64,000 nucleotides of DNA, from NCBI GenBank assembly GCA_963829055.1, contig CAWHHI010000004.1, positions 672,001 to 736,000 on the forward strand, written 5' to 3'. The stretch comes from an uncultured Gemmatimonadaceae bacterium (GTDB lineage Bacteria; Gemmatimonadota; Gemmatimonadetes; Gemmatimonadales; Gemmatimonadaceae). The number at the start of each line of letters is the position of its first letter. Positions within the stretch are counted from its first letter, which is position 1. The notes below the pieces were generated by a model. It did no database searches, was not told the DNA's origin, and worked only from the letters and a program-made list of their open reading frames with translations. Positions 1 through 12,575 of the stretch are shown piece after piece. The translations under genes were made by a program, and so were the position numbers.

Positions 1-305
1 CGATCCTCGAATCGTAGACGTCGTCCGCGTGATAGATCGCGACGTATTCGCCACGACTCTCGCCGCACGGCGCGGTTCATCGCTCCATACCCGCCGAGCG
101 TCTGCTCGTTGCGCAGATAGCGCACGCGCGGGTCTCCTGTGCCTTGGGCGATCCTCGGCGTCGCGTCGGTCGAGGCATCGTCGCACACGATCACTTCGAT
201 CGCGTTATGCGACTGCGCGCATACCGATGCGAGCGCCTCCGCGAGGAAGCGCTCGGCGTTATAGGCCGGGACGACGATCGAGACGAGCGGAGAAGTTGGG
301 GTCAT
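1..305 (-). CDS. Glycosyltransferase family 2 (5' part; runs off the window; apparent frameshift near 60)
   Basis: Manual translation from ATG at 305: MTPTSPLVSIVVPAYNAERFLAEALASVCAQ...IVCDDASTD, then GEYVAIYHADDVY (GT2 DxD-type region). Not in the ORF track because it is truncated. Confidence 0.85.
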   Translation of the reverse strand, partial: MTPTSPLVSIVVPAYNAERFLAEALASVCAQSHNAIEVIVCDDASTDATPRIAQGTGDPRVRYLRNEQTLGGYGAMNRAVRRESWRIRRDLSRGRRLRFED

Positions 306-658
306 GCGCAGCTGTGAGCCTGACGAGCGACGGGCGGCCGCGCGCAACGGCCAGTTCCATGCCCTCGCCCGGGCTCGCTCGAAACGGCGCTATGTGACTG
401 GGCGCACGGTCGCGAAGCAACGAATGTTACAGAGGCGCGTCGGCTGTTGCGATATCGCAACGATGTGTGCTTCGTGTGCTTCGAACCCCGGTGCCGCCAC
501 AGCCCGGAACCGGCGTGCGAGACTGCTCAGCCGTGCACGCATCTTGCCCGCCGGGGGCCGAGTTGCAGGTCGCCGGCATGGACGAGCGGCCGCGTACATT
601 TCTCGAAGTCCCTGCGCCCTCCGGTGCACAGGGTCGTCACCCATTGGAGCGAGCATCA

Positions 659-1667
659 ATGAAACGAGCGGTCGTGTGCGGAGCAGGCGGCTTCATTGCG
701 GGCCACCTCGTCAAGCGCCTCAAGCGCGACGGTTACTGGGTCCGCGGCGTCGATATCAAGGAGCCCGACTTCGCACCCACCGCGGCGGACGAGTTCCGCC
801 TCCTCGATCTGCGTGATATAGCCCAGTGCCGCGACGCCGTTTCGCCTGATGACGGATACCCGATCGACGAGGTCTACCAACTCGCCGCCGAGATGGGTGG
901 AATGGGGTTCATCAGCACGGCCGAGTGCGAGATCATGCGGAACAGCGCTCTCATCAACGTCAACATGCCGCAGGCAGCCGCCGAGGCGGGCGTTCAGCGC
1001 TACTTCCTGTCATCGTCGGTGTGCGTCTACCGCGACATGGCCATAGGCGAAGCCGAGATGACGGAAGACGAGGCGTATCCGGCGCACCCGGACAATGAGT
1101 ACGGGTGGGAGAAGCTTTTCGCCGAGCGCGTCGCGCTGGCCTACGGACGCCGCTATGGCACCGCGGTTCGTGTCGCGCGATTCCAGAACTGCTACGGGCC
1201 CGAGGGCACCTGGACAGGTGGACGCGAGAAAGCACCGGCGGCGATCTGTCGCAAGGTTGCTGAGGCGGAGGACGGCGGCTTCGTTGAGGTGTGGGGGGAC
1301 GGCACGGCCGTTCGCTCGTACACCTACGTCGACGATCTCGTCGACGGGATCGTGCGGCTCATGCGGTCCGATCTCGACGTGCCCGCGAACATCGGGAGCC
1401 CCGAGTACGTGAGCGTCCGCGAGCTCGTGGAAACCGTGATCGAGTTGAGCGGCAAGCAGATCGAGGTGCGCTACGTTCCTGGCCCGGTTGGCGTTCAATC
1501 GCGGAACTTCAGCAACGCGCGGATCTACTCACTTGGCTGGCAGGCCGAGCACCACGCTCCGCGACGGCATTGGCGTCACGTACCGGTGGATCGAGCAACA
1601 GGTGCGTGATCGCCTTACCGTGGTCGGCGACAGCTCGTCGGGTGCGCCCGAAAGCGCGCGACGTTAG
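659..1667 (+). CDS. NAD-dependent epimerase/dehydratase, GDP-mannose 3,5-epimerase-like; frameshift near 1552
   Basis: GAGGFIA Rossmann motif, YGWEK (YxxxK) and GGREKAPAAICRK. The natural C-terminus TLRDGIGVTYRWIEQQV continues in another frame to TAG at 1665-1667. Confidence 0.85.
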
Positions 1668-1695
1668 GCAGCCGCTTCGGTCGCGAACGCTGTCG

Positions 1696-2978
1696 ATGCG
1701 AAAGCCGCGCGTGCTGGTACTCGCACGCAACTATCCCAACAACGCCTTCCCGACGCTCGGGCTCTGGACCGAGCGTCTGGTGACGGCATCGTCGGCAGTC
1801 GCGGAGCCGACGGTCGTCGCGCCTGTCCCGTATGCACCGCCGTTCGCGCCGCTCTCATCAATGCGCCGTTTTCGGTCCGTCGAGCGCGTTCGGACCGACG
1901 CTGGAATCACGGTCCATCATCCCCGCGTTCCGGCTGGGCCGGGGCAGTGGCTCCACGCGTTCGACGCGCAACTCGGGTACGCGACGCTTCGGAAGGCGAT
2001 CGTCTCGCTCCACCGCGTGCAGCCGTTCGATGTCATTCATTCACACTTCATCTACCCCGAGGGTGTGATTGCCAGCCGCATTGGCGCGGAGCTCGGCCTG
2101 CCAGTCGTGTCCTCTGAGCATGCCATGTGGCGTCCGTGGCTCGACCGCCATCCGTCTGTGCGCCGGCAGGTCCAACGTGCACTACCAGGCATCTCGCGCG
2201 TGACCGCCGTCAGTGAGGCGCTGCGTTCGAGTATCCGTGAGCTGTTCGGCGACACCGTCGCCGGTTGACGTCATCCCGAACGTGGTCGACGAGCAGATTT
2301 TCGTCCTCCCGCGAGCGGACGAAGTGCGAGACCCGAATCACCTGCTGTTCGTTGGTCTCATTCGCCACGTGAAAGGCCTCGACGTCCTCATTCGCGCGCT
2401 CGGCCATCTCCTCCCGGAGTTCCCTGAGTTGCGCCTGTCGGTCGCGGGAGGATCCTTCTACCGGGCGTATGAGCGCGACGCGGCCGAGGTTCGCTCGTTG
2501 GTCCAGGGGCTCGGGCTTCGGGACCGCGTGGCGTTCCTCGGAGAGGTGGCACCAACAGACGTGGCGACACTGATGCGCCGCAGCGCGCTGCTGGTCGTTC
2601 CGAGTCGGCGGGAGACGTTTTCGCTGGTGACCGCAGAGGCGTTGGCGTGCGGGACGCCCGTTGTCGCGACGCGGTGTGGCGGTCCGGAAGAGATCATCAC
2701 GCCGGAGACAGGTGAGCTCGCGGATGTGGACGACGCGGCGTCGCTCGCAATCGCAGTCCAGCGAGCGCTGGGCCGCTCGTTCGACGGCCCAGGCCTGCGT
2801 CGTTATGCAGTGGACCGCTTCGGCACCGCCGCCGCCGCTCAGCGACTCGGCGTGCTGTATGGTCGCGTCGCTGGCGTCGCGCCAGCGGGCGCTGGCGCTC
2901 GCGAACCAGAACGATCGCGCGACGCTAGACGCAGCGCGCAATCACCTCGAATCGGCGACCGCCGGCGGACTACCGTGA
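1696..2978 (+). CDS. Glycosyltransferase family 4 (TuaC-like); frameshifts near 2262 and probably near 2870
   Basis: N-half MRKPRVLVLARNYP...IHSHFIYPEG; C-half LLFVGLIRHVKGLD...PSRRETFSLVTAEALACGTPVV. The likely true stop is TGA 2976-2978, overlapping the next ATG. Confidence 0.8.
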
Positions 2979-4093
2979 TGCACTGGGGCGTTGACGCACA
3001 TCGACTTGCTGGTCAGCGACTCGGCGTTGGTCGCTACATCGAGTATCTCGTCAAACACTGGCGCTCGATGATGCAGACGGGCGACCGCTGCACGCTGTTC
3101 ACGCGGGAGCCGTACGACGGGACCGGGTGGGAGCCATCCCCAGCCATCGACGTGCGTGCATTTGCGTCGACGCTGCCGCCGAGCGTTTGGCAGCATGGCA
3201 TGCTGCCGCGATTCACGGGTGGAATCGACGTGCTGTTCTGCCCGAGCTACTCCGTGCCGGTTACGTACACCGGCAAGTGCGTCGTCGCGATCCACAGCAT
3301 GAACGAAGTCGAGAGCGGCACGCACCCGTGGTGGTACAAGCTGACCTACAGCAAGTTGTACCGCTTCAGTGCCGATCGCGCCGACCGCATCATCGTCCCG
3401 TCGGAAAGCACGCGACTGGATCTCGAGCGCTACTACGGCATCACGAGCGAGAAGGTCGACATCGTCGTTCAGGGCGCGGACGAATCGTTCCGTCCAATCA
3501 CTGACGAAGCCGTGAAGCGGGCTACCCGCATCAAGTTCCTCGGGACGGACAGGCCCTATATCGTGTTCGTTGGCAAACTCTCGACCCGACGCAACATTCC
3601 CACGTTGATCGAAGCGTTCTCGATCGTGAAGCGGCGAACGTCGTTGCCGCACGCGCTGCTGCTCGTGGGCCCGAACCACGTCGGCGTGCCGCTCGACCAG
3701 GTGATCGCCCAGCACGGCGTGCAGGGGGACGTGATCCAGACGGACGGCAAGTTCGCCAGCCATCTCGAGGTGCCGCCGGTGTACGCGTCGGCGGATCTTT
3801 ATGTGAACGCGTCGTCGTACGAAGGCTTCTCGATGACCCTGGTCGAAGCATTGTCATGTGGTACGCCAGTCGTCACCGTGAATCGCGCGGCCCTCGCCGA
3901 AATCGCGTCCGGCGCGGCAGAATTCGTGGAGGAGCCGACCCCCGAAGCGCTCGCGGACGCGATCGAGCGCGTGCTGACTGATCCTGTGCTCAGCAAGTCG
4001 CTCGGAGAGCGCGGGTACCGGCGCGCAGATGCGTTTCGCTGGGACGTAACGGCTCGTCAAACGCTTGACGTTCTGCGGCGGGTAGCCGCGTGA
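2978..4093 (+). CDS. Glycosyltransferase family 4 (group 1)
   Basis: MHWGVDAHRLAGQRLGVGRY start, FVGKLSTRRN, and the SSYEGFSMTLVEALSCGTPVV GT4 signature. Confidence 0.9.
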   Translation: MHWGVDAHRLAGQRLGVGRYIEYLVKHWRSMMQTGDRCTLFTREPYDGTGWEPSPAIDVRAFASTLPPSVWQHGMLPRFTGGIDVLFCPSYSVPVTYTGKCVVAIHSMNEVESGTHPWWYKLTYSKLYRFSADRADRIIVPSESTRLDLERYYGITSEKVDIVVQGADESFRPITDEAVKRATRIKFLGTDRPYIVFVGKLSTRRNIPTLIEAFSIVKRRTSLPHALLLVGPNHVGVPLDQVIAQHGVQGDVIQTDGKFASHLEVPPVYASADLYVNASSYEGFSMTLVEALSCGTPVVTVNRAALAEIASGAAEFVEEPTPEALADAIERVLTDPVLSKSLGERGYRRADAFRWDVTARQTLDVLRRVAA

Positions 4094-4121
4094 CTTTTCC
4101 TGATCCGCGGGTGGAGGCACG

Positions 4122-4910
4122 GTGAAGACAGTCCTGCTCGCCGGAGGACTCGGTACGCGTCTAGCCGAAGAGTCCGAGTCGAAGCCGAAACCGATGGTCG
4201 AAGTCGGCGGACGCCCGATCCTCTGGCACATCATGCGCACGTACGCCGAGCGCGGTTTCAAGGAATTCGTTGTCGCGCTAGGCTACCGAGGCGACGTCAT
4301 CAAACGCTATTTCCTCGACTATTTCTACCTGCGGAACAGCCTCAGCATCGACCTGCGAACCAACCAGATCGAAGTGCAGGGGTCGGACTGCGAGGACTGG
4401 GTGGTTCATCTCCGGGATACCGGGCTCGACACACAGACCGGTGGCCGCCTGCGACGCCTCGCCGACATGGTTCGTGGCGAGACGTTCATGATGACGTACG
4501 GTGACGGCGTGTGCAGCGTCGACCCACGCGCCTTGCTCGAATTCCATCGGCGACACGGCAAGCTGGCGACGGTGACGGCGGTGCGGCCGCCCGCACGGTT
4601 CGGCGGACTGGTGTTCGATGGCGACAATGTGGCCGAGTTCTCGGAAAAGCCGCAGGTCGGAGAGGGCTGGATCAATGGCGGATTCTTCGTGCTCGAGCCG
4701 CAGGTGCTCGACTATATCGACACCGACGACACGATCTTCGAGCGCTCGCCGCTCGAGCGTCTCGCCGCGGACGGCCAACTCATCGCCCATCGACACGAAG
4801 GCTTCTGGCAGTGCATGGACACACTGCGCGACGTTAGGCTGCTGAACAGTCTCTGCGACGGCAAGCTCCCGCCGTGGGATCCCGCCTACCAGCCAACCTC
4901 CGCGACGTGA
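4122..4910 (+). CDS. rfbF: Glucose-1-phosphate cytidylyltransferase
   Basis: LAGGLGTRLAEE..KPKPMVE, DTGLDTQTGGRL, TYGDG, WINGGFF and GFWQCMDTLRD motifs. Confidence 0.93.
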   Translation: MKTVLLAGGLGTRLAEESESKPKPMVEVGGRPILWHIMRTYAERGFKEFVVALGYRGDVIKRYFLDYFYLRNSLSIDLRTNQIEVQGSDCEDWVVHLRDTGLDTQTGGRLRRLADMVRGETFMMTYGDGVCSVDPRALLEFHRRHGKLATVTAVRPPARFGGLVFDGDNVAEFSEKPQVGEGWINGGFFVLEPQVLDYIDTDDTIFERSPLERLAADGQLIAHRHEGFWQCMDTLRDVRLLNSLCDGKLPPWDPAYQPTSAT

Positions 4911-5885
4911 CACCGCCCGATTTCTGGCGCGAACGGCGAGTCGTTCGTAACCGGCGCCACCGGGATCGTCGGATCATGGCTGGTCCGCGAGCTTCTGGCC
5001 AAGGGCGCCAACGTGGCCGTGCTCGTCCGCGACGCTGATCCGCAATCGGAGCTCCTTCGCAGCGGCGATCTCCAGCGGTGCACAGTATTCAACGGAAGCG
5101 TCGAGGACCTCTGGACGCTCGAGCGCGCGATCAGCCTGCACGAGGCCGAATGCGTGTTCCACCTCGCCGCGCAGACCATCGTCGGCGTCGCACACCGCAA
5201 TCCGTTCACGACGTTCGAGACGAATGTGCGCGGGACGTACAATCTCCTCGAGGCGTGTCGCATTCACAGCTCGGTCGTACACAGCGTTGTCATTGCGTCG
5301 AGCGATAAAGCCTACGGAGAAGTCGAGGCGTTGCCGTACGTCGAGACGATGCCTCTGAACGGAAAGCACCCGTACGAAGTCTCCAAGAGCTGTACGGATC
5401 TCATCTCGACGTCGTATTGCCACAGCTACGGCGTGCCGGTCACGATTGCTCGCTGCGGCAACATCTACGGCGGCGGTGACCTCAACTGGAGTCGCATCGT
5501 TCCGGGCACCATCCGCGCGTTCCTCCGCGGCGAACGACCGACGCTCCGCAGCGACGGAAGCTTCAAGCGCGACTACATCTACGTCAAGGACGTCGCGCAC
5601 GCGTACATGCTCCTCGGCGAGCGCGGGCGCGAACCGGCAGTGAAGGGTCAGGCGTACAATTTCAGCGACGAGTCGCCGCTGACTGTGCTCGACATCGTCG
5701 GCACGATCCGTCGGCTGATGGGCTCCGATCTCGAGCCCGACATCCGCAACGTCGCGCAGGGCGAGATTCGTGACCAGTATCTCTCCGCGGCGAAGGCGCG
5801 CGACAGCCTGAGCTGGCGAGCCACATACGATCTGGAAACCGGACTCGGCGAGACGATCGCGTGGTATCGCGCACTGCTCGCCTAA
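4907..5885 (+). CDS. rfbG: CDP-glucose 4,6-dehydratase-like; frameshift near 4942
   Basis: GTG 4907 gives [12 protein letters not shown], then [12 protein letters not shown] after a 1-nt shift. Also SSDKAY, PYEVSKS and [18 protein letters not shown]. Lies directly after rfbF. Confidence 0.82.
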
Positions 5886-5886
5886 C

Positions 5887-6860
5887 GTGGACTCGCTAGC
5901 GGGACGCCGCGTTCTCGTCACCGGCGCGGCCGGGTTTCTCGGATCCCACCTCGTTCCTCGGCTCATCGATCGCGGAGCCGCCGTCTGCGCCCTCGACCAC
6001 GCCGGCGCGCGCGGGTGGAGGCTGATCGAGCGGGCCGGTATCACCGCTGCGGTCCGCGCGGACGTCCGGACGCTCGCGGACGGAGCCCACGATCGCTTGC
6101 TCGGGCGTATCGACACCATCATTCACCTCGCCGCAATCGGTGTCCTGGGCGAAGTGCCTGACGTTCGCGACATGGTGACGACCAACGTCGACGGGACGGT
6201 CGCTGTGCTGCTCGCGGCGCAGCGGTCGCGCGCGCGAGTCATCTACTGCGGTTCGTGCTTCGAGTACGGCTCGGGTGCCAGGTGGACGGAAGATGCGCTG
6301 CCGGCGCCGACGAGCGAGTACGGCGCCGCGAAGGCCGCCGGTTGGCTCATTGCGCAGGCATTCGCGCGGCGAACGGGTCTGGAGCTCGTCTCGCTTCGAC
6401 CGTTCACGATGTACGGCCCGATGGAGCCACCAGGGCGATTGATACCGTCCGTCGTTAGGTACGCCCTGGCGGGACGACAGATCGACCTCACGCCCGGCGA
6501 TCAGGCCCGTGACTTCGTGTATGTCGAAGACGCCGCGGACGCGTTCGTCGCCGCGGCCACGACCGACGCTGCCATCGGCGGTACGTTCAACGTGTGCACG
6601 GGGAACGCGGCGACGGTTCGCGACATCGTCCATTGCGTTCTGCGGCGGACCGGCAGCACGTCAACGGCCCGCTTCGGCGCACTTTCGTACAGATCGACTG
6701 AGCTTCCGGTACTTTCCGGTGACACGTCACGCGCGGAGCAGATTCTGGGCTGGCGCGCCCGTGTGTCACTCGAAGAAGGGCTCGACCGAACGATCGCCTG
6801 GTTCCGTGCTGTCGGCGCCGGGCTTCCCGAATACCAACTGGCTGACGCTGCCGCTGACCG

Positions 6861-6864
<4 letters not shown>
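5887..6864 (+). CDS. NAD-dependent epimerase/reductase (possible CDP-3,6-dideoxyhexose 4-reductase or epimerase)
   Basis: [16 protein letters not shown] and YGAAK. Located between rfbG and rfbH. Confidence 0.8.
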
Positions 6865-8195
<1,331 letters not shown>

Positions 8196-8241
8196 CGATC
8201 ACGTCGTGCGCGGCCGCATCATCTGACCTGAATTCGACTCA

Positions 8242-9355
8242 ATGACTTCTCCGTTCCGCGTCGCGGTCGTCGGCCTCGGTAACGCCGGGCACACGCTTCA
8301 TCTTCCTGCACTCGCGGGCATGACGGACGTGCACGTTGTCGGCGCATGCGACATCGATGCCGGTCGCCGAGAGCGTGCTGCGACGACGTGGAAAGTGCCC
8401 GTATTCGATGACTTCGAGGACATGCTCGCCCGCGCGAACGCGAACGTCGTGATCATCGGGACTCCGCCCGACTCGCACGCGAGCTACTGCCTCAAGAGCT
8501 TCGCCGCCGGCGCTCACGTGATCTGCGAGAAGCCATTCGTGTCGAGCCTCGACGAGGCTGACCGCGTGATCGCGGCAGGCGATGCGGCTGGGAAGCGCAT
8601 CGCGCTGAATCATGAGTTTCGTGAGATGCCCATCTTCCGCGCGCTTCGCGATGCCGCCGCGCCGAAGGACATCGTGTTCGCCCAGGTGTGGCAGCTCATG
8701 GACCTGCCGCCGTGGGCCGAGCCGGGATGGCGTGGGCAGATGTTGCAGCGAACGCTGTACGAGGCTGGCGTACACCTCGTCGACTTCCTGATGGCGTCTG
8801 TTTGGTGAAAAGCCACGCGCTGTGTCGGGGACTGTGTCGACGTGCGGGGTTCGTGAAGGTGATACCGACGCCGTGGCGCTCGTGACGCTCGAGTTCTCGC
8901 GTGGCCGACTCGCGCAGGTCGTGCAGAATCGGCTGTGCAAGGGCGAGACGCAGTACTTCGAAGTGCGCGCCGAAACGCTGAACGCGTCCCTCCGCGCGTC
9001 GTTCGGAGGACGTGCTCGCGTGACGGCCGGACTTCATCGCAGCACCCGCCCCCACGTGCGGCTCGACTATGGCGTTTCAGGGATGGCGTGGCGCGAGGTC
9101 GGGAACAACCGCACGTTGTTGGCGAGAAACCCGAAAGAGCCCGGCATGATCGCGACGCGATTCGTCTTCGAGAAAACGCTGGCTGCATTTCGAAGCGGCG
9201 GAGCACCGCCGGCGTCGGCGCAGGACGCGCGAGACGTGCTGGAGGTGATCGCCGCGTGCTACCACGCCGCGGCGACCGGGAAGCGCGTTAGGCTGGAAGG
9301 CAGCGCGCCGCCGGAGTTGTCCTCGATGAGAATGGGCGCCAGTCCGGCGGCATGA
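8242..9355 (+). CDS. Gfo/Idh/MocA family oxidoreductase; frameshift near 8800
   Basis: VVGLGNAG and ICEKPF in ORF 8242-8808; ORF 8822-9355 continues the C-terminal domain. Confidence 0.8.
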
Positions 9356-10362
9356 CCCTGCACGGCGGCCCGCGCGCCGCGATCATTGGCGCGGGGCTGA
9401 TGGGCCGGTGGCACGCCGACGCCGTTCGACGCATCGGCGGTCGTGTCACCGTGATCGTCGACCCTGATGCCTCGGCGCGAGAAGCACTGGGGCGCCGTTA
9501 TCCGGAGGCCCGACTCGCCGCTGACGTCGATGCGGATTTCGTCGCGCGACATGCGACCGCCGCGCACGTCTGCGCTCCGTTGCCGACGCACGGGCCGATC
9601 GTAGCGGCACTCATAGACGCAGGCGTTCACGCACTCGTCGAGAAGCCGTTCTGTGAGACGGCGGAGACCACCGCCGAGCTGACTTCACGCGCCCATTCAC
9701 GCGGTGTGATGGTATGCCCCGTTCATCAGTTCCTGTTCCAGGACGGTGTTCGGCAGTTGGCGTTGTGGCTTCCTGAAATGGGCACCGTACGTCGGTTCGA
9801 ATTCTCGACGTGCTCCGCGGGCGCTGCAACGAACGATGCCGCGAGCCTCGACGCGCTGATTGGCGAAATTCTCCCGCATCCGCTCTCGCTGGTTCAGCTC
9901 GTGCTGCGATCCGAGGTCGCCAGCGCGATCTGGCAGATCGCGCATCCAACACCGGGCGAGTTCCGCGCGCTGTCGACTATCGGCGGAGCAATCGTCGACG
10001 TGGCGATCTCGGCGCACGGGCGCCCGACGGAGAACACGCTGCGTGTCGTTGCCGATGGCGGATCAGCCAGCGCGGACCTGTTCCATGGCTTCTCCGTTCG
10101 CGAGTCCGCGGATGTCTCACGCCGGCGAAAGATTGCTGCGCCATTCGTGAGCTCCGGCAAGATGCTTCGTAGCGCATCGGTCAATCTGCTCCGACGTGCC
10201 GTTCGTCGCGAGCCCGCGTACCCCGGCCTTCGAGCGCTAGTGGTGGCGTTCTACTCCACGATCGAGATCGGGGGACCCTGGCCCATCTTGTCCGATGCAA
10301 TCGTGGACGTTGCGGCCGCGCGCGATCATCTCGTGTCTCGGCTCCGAGAATCGACAACGTAA
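9352..10362 (+). CDS. Gfo/Idh/MocA family oxidoreductase
   Basis: IIGAGLMG and LVEKPF motifs; ATGA overlap with the upstream gene. Confidence 0.85.
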   Translation: MTLHGGPRAAIIGAGLMGRWHADAVRRIGGRVTVIVDPDASAREALGRRYPEARLAADVDADFVARHATAAHVCAPLPTHGPIVAALIDAGVHALVEKPFCETAETTAELTSRAHSRGVMVCPVHQFLFQDGVRQLALWLPEMGTVRRFEFSTCSAGAATNDAASLDALIGEILPHPLSLVQLVLRSEVASAIWQIAHPTPGEFRALSTIGGAIVDVAISAHGRPTENTLRVVADGGSASADLFHGFSVRESADVSRRRKIAAPFVSSGKMLRSASVNLLRRAVRREPAYPGLRALVVAFYSTIEIGGPWPILSDAIVDVAAARDHLVSRLRESTT

Positions 10363-10884
10363 CAGGTAGCCCTGCGTCGTTCTCATTTTCGCGAGCGAGT
10401 AGCGACATGGACCCGCCGGTAGGTCCAACCGCTTCGCGCGGATACATCGTCTGTGGTCTCGACCGAATCGATGCGATGCGCCGCGCCGACTTGTTTTCGT
10501 TACGAACGGGAGCGAGGCGGGAATCCAACATCAGTTGGGGCACGTCCGCGACAGTCTCGGTCGGAAGGAGCGACTTTTCGTCCCGCGTCCAGCTCGCATG
10601 CTTCTCAGGCGGTTGTCAGAATTTCCGGGCAAATGTGGCATTTCTAACCAACCCATAACCGAAAACGTCGCGATACTTGGCAGTTGAAACGCTGCAATCT
10701 CCAGCGGTCCATCGGAACGCTTTGTGCCCACGGTCACGTCCACGACACCGCAGTTCGCACGTTTGCGCAGTGACTGCAAACTGGTTCGAATGTGTGACTT
10801 GCGTTTTCGTTAGGCACTTCTCATTATGCGCCGCCCGGTTGTTGGACCACGCCGGTGTTTGGGAACCACGCAAATGAAAGTGCC

Positions 10885-10990
10885 AGGATACTCGCGCTCC
10901 ATGTCACGGTCATGCGACGCGACGGAAAGACGTGTTTTTCGCCAACGCAGTAGTCGTGGGATCACAACGAGACTGGAGATTGAGACACAC
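10885..10990 (+). promoter_or_regulatory. Conserved leader, copy 1 (putative -10 GATACT, stem-loop and RBS)
   Basis: Nearly identical to 12474-12575 over AGGATACTCGCGCTCC-x-TGT-x-ACGGTCATGCGACGCGACGGAA...GATCAC...GACTGGAGA. Confidence 0.55.
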
Positions 10991-11874
10991 ATGCAAATGA
11001 ACAGAGTCGCGCTCATCGCGAGCGCAGGGTTCGGACTGGCCTTCCTGGCCGCGTGTTCCGATTCGCCGACGTCGCCGTCCAACGCCGCGTTCGTTCCGAA
11101 GTCCAGCTTCGCCGTCGGCGACATTACCGACGCAGCACTCCGGCAGCTCGGGAAGGTCAAGATCTGCAAGGCCGGAAACATTGGCGGAAGCTTCGACGTT
11201 ACGCGTCAACGCCATCGGAGGGTCGACTGGGACTGTCTCCGGCCTGAACACGCTGATCACAAACGGTCAGTGCAAGATCGTCGCGGAGGACCAGAGCGGG
11301 TCCGGCGTCGGCTCGGAGGTTGATCATCTCGGAAGATGCAGCCGCCAACGTGGTTTCCAGCGTTACCGGGTGCGTCTTCATCGGCAATCCTGGCGGAATC
11401 GATGCCGCCCCGTGCGCATTCAACCCGACCAGCCGGTTCATCAACCAGTTCCACGGGTACGTGATCACGTACACCAACACCTTCACGCCGCCGCCGTCGA
11501 CCGGCTGCACGTACACGAAGGGCTGGTACCGGAACAACGGCTCGAACACGATCATCGCCGTCGATGGCCGGACGATTGGCCAGGAGCAGCAGATCTTCGA
11601 CGCGACGCCTGGCAAGCCGGGCAACGTGACGTGGGGCGCTGACAACAACAACCTCAATCTCTATCAGCAGCTCCTCGCCGCGCTCAACAACCTGGGTGGG
11701 AACGCCACCGCCGGTCCGGCGGCCGTTGACGCCGCCGTCGCGGCAGCGCTCGCCGCTACGAGTGGGTCGGGCACGACCATCGTCGTCGCTCCTGGGACGG
11801 ATGTGAGTGGCCTGATCGACGTACTGAGCGCCTTCAACGAAGGCACGTTCACGGGCTGGCCGCACTGCGATTGA
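10991..11874 (+). CDS. Uncharacterised secreted lipoprotein, paralog 1; frameshifts near 11205 and 11320
   Basis: Lipobox LAAC-SDSP. Shares KICKAGN, FINQFHGYV, GCTYTKGWYRNNGS, NLYQQLLAALN and FNEG..G.PHCD* with the intact paralog at 12576. Confidence 0.8.
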
Positions 11875-11905
11875 TCGCGCAGCCGGTGTAGTCCAGAATG
11901 TACGG

Positions 11906-11942
11906 AAGCGGGGCGGCCAAATTGGCCGCCCCGTTTTCTTTT
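11906..11942 (+). terminator. Rho-independent terminator
   Basis: GCGGGGCGGCCAA-A-TTGGCCGCCCCGT followed by a T-rich tract. Confidence 0.85.
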
Positions 11943-12473
11943 CAGTCGAGAGCTGAGCATTGGAAGGAGCGGGGCACATTGCCTCGCTCTTTTTTTGTCC
12001 GCACTCTCTGGCCGCGCCGCTTGCGGCTTGTTCCAGTCGAACAACCTGAGGGCGTGCCGCAACGGTTGCGTTAGGCCTTTCCACACTTGTATGAGCCACG
12101 GCGTTCGTGCGCGCGACGCCCGGCGCCTAACGGCCCGAATCGCGTCCGTGTGGGGCAGTCATTCCGACCGCCTCGCCGGCTATCCGGAGCTCGTGAATTG
12201 GGGCGCGCGGGAGGTGTGTCAGCGGTATCGCCGCTCCGGTCAGACATATTGGCCTAACCTCGCCGCGCTCTCCCGCCCAGCCCAACCTAACGGCCCATCC
12301 CGGCGGAATACTTCGTGCTTTTCCTCACCCTCACGAGGCGGCAAATCGCACGAGTTCTTGCGGAATGCGTGCAGCGTTGACGCAGTGACTTGTGCTCTTG
12401 TTAGGCGGTTGTCGTGATTTGCGCCCGTTGGACTGTCGGCCCACTCGCGTTGTGGCCGCCGACTGGTTGGATG

Positions 12474-12575
12474 AGGATACTCGCGCTCCGTGTGACGGTC
12501 ATGCGACGCGACGGAAGAATGTGGTTTCGCCCCGCAGCAGCCGTTCGATCACTACAGACTGGAGACTCGGAAAGA
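12474..12575 (+). promoter_or_regulatory. Conserved leader, copy 2
   Basis: Paralogous to 10885-10990; ends in a GGAG RBS before the ATG at 12576. Confidence 0.55.

Noticed and set aside
2213..4093. Apparent 626-aa fusion of one and a half GT4 domains
   Set aside because: An alternative frame ends in TGA overlapping the ATG at 2978 (TGATG coupling), so two separate genes plus an indel is the simpler explanation.
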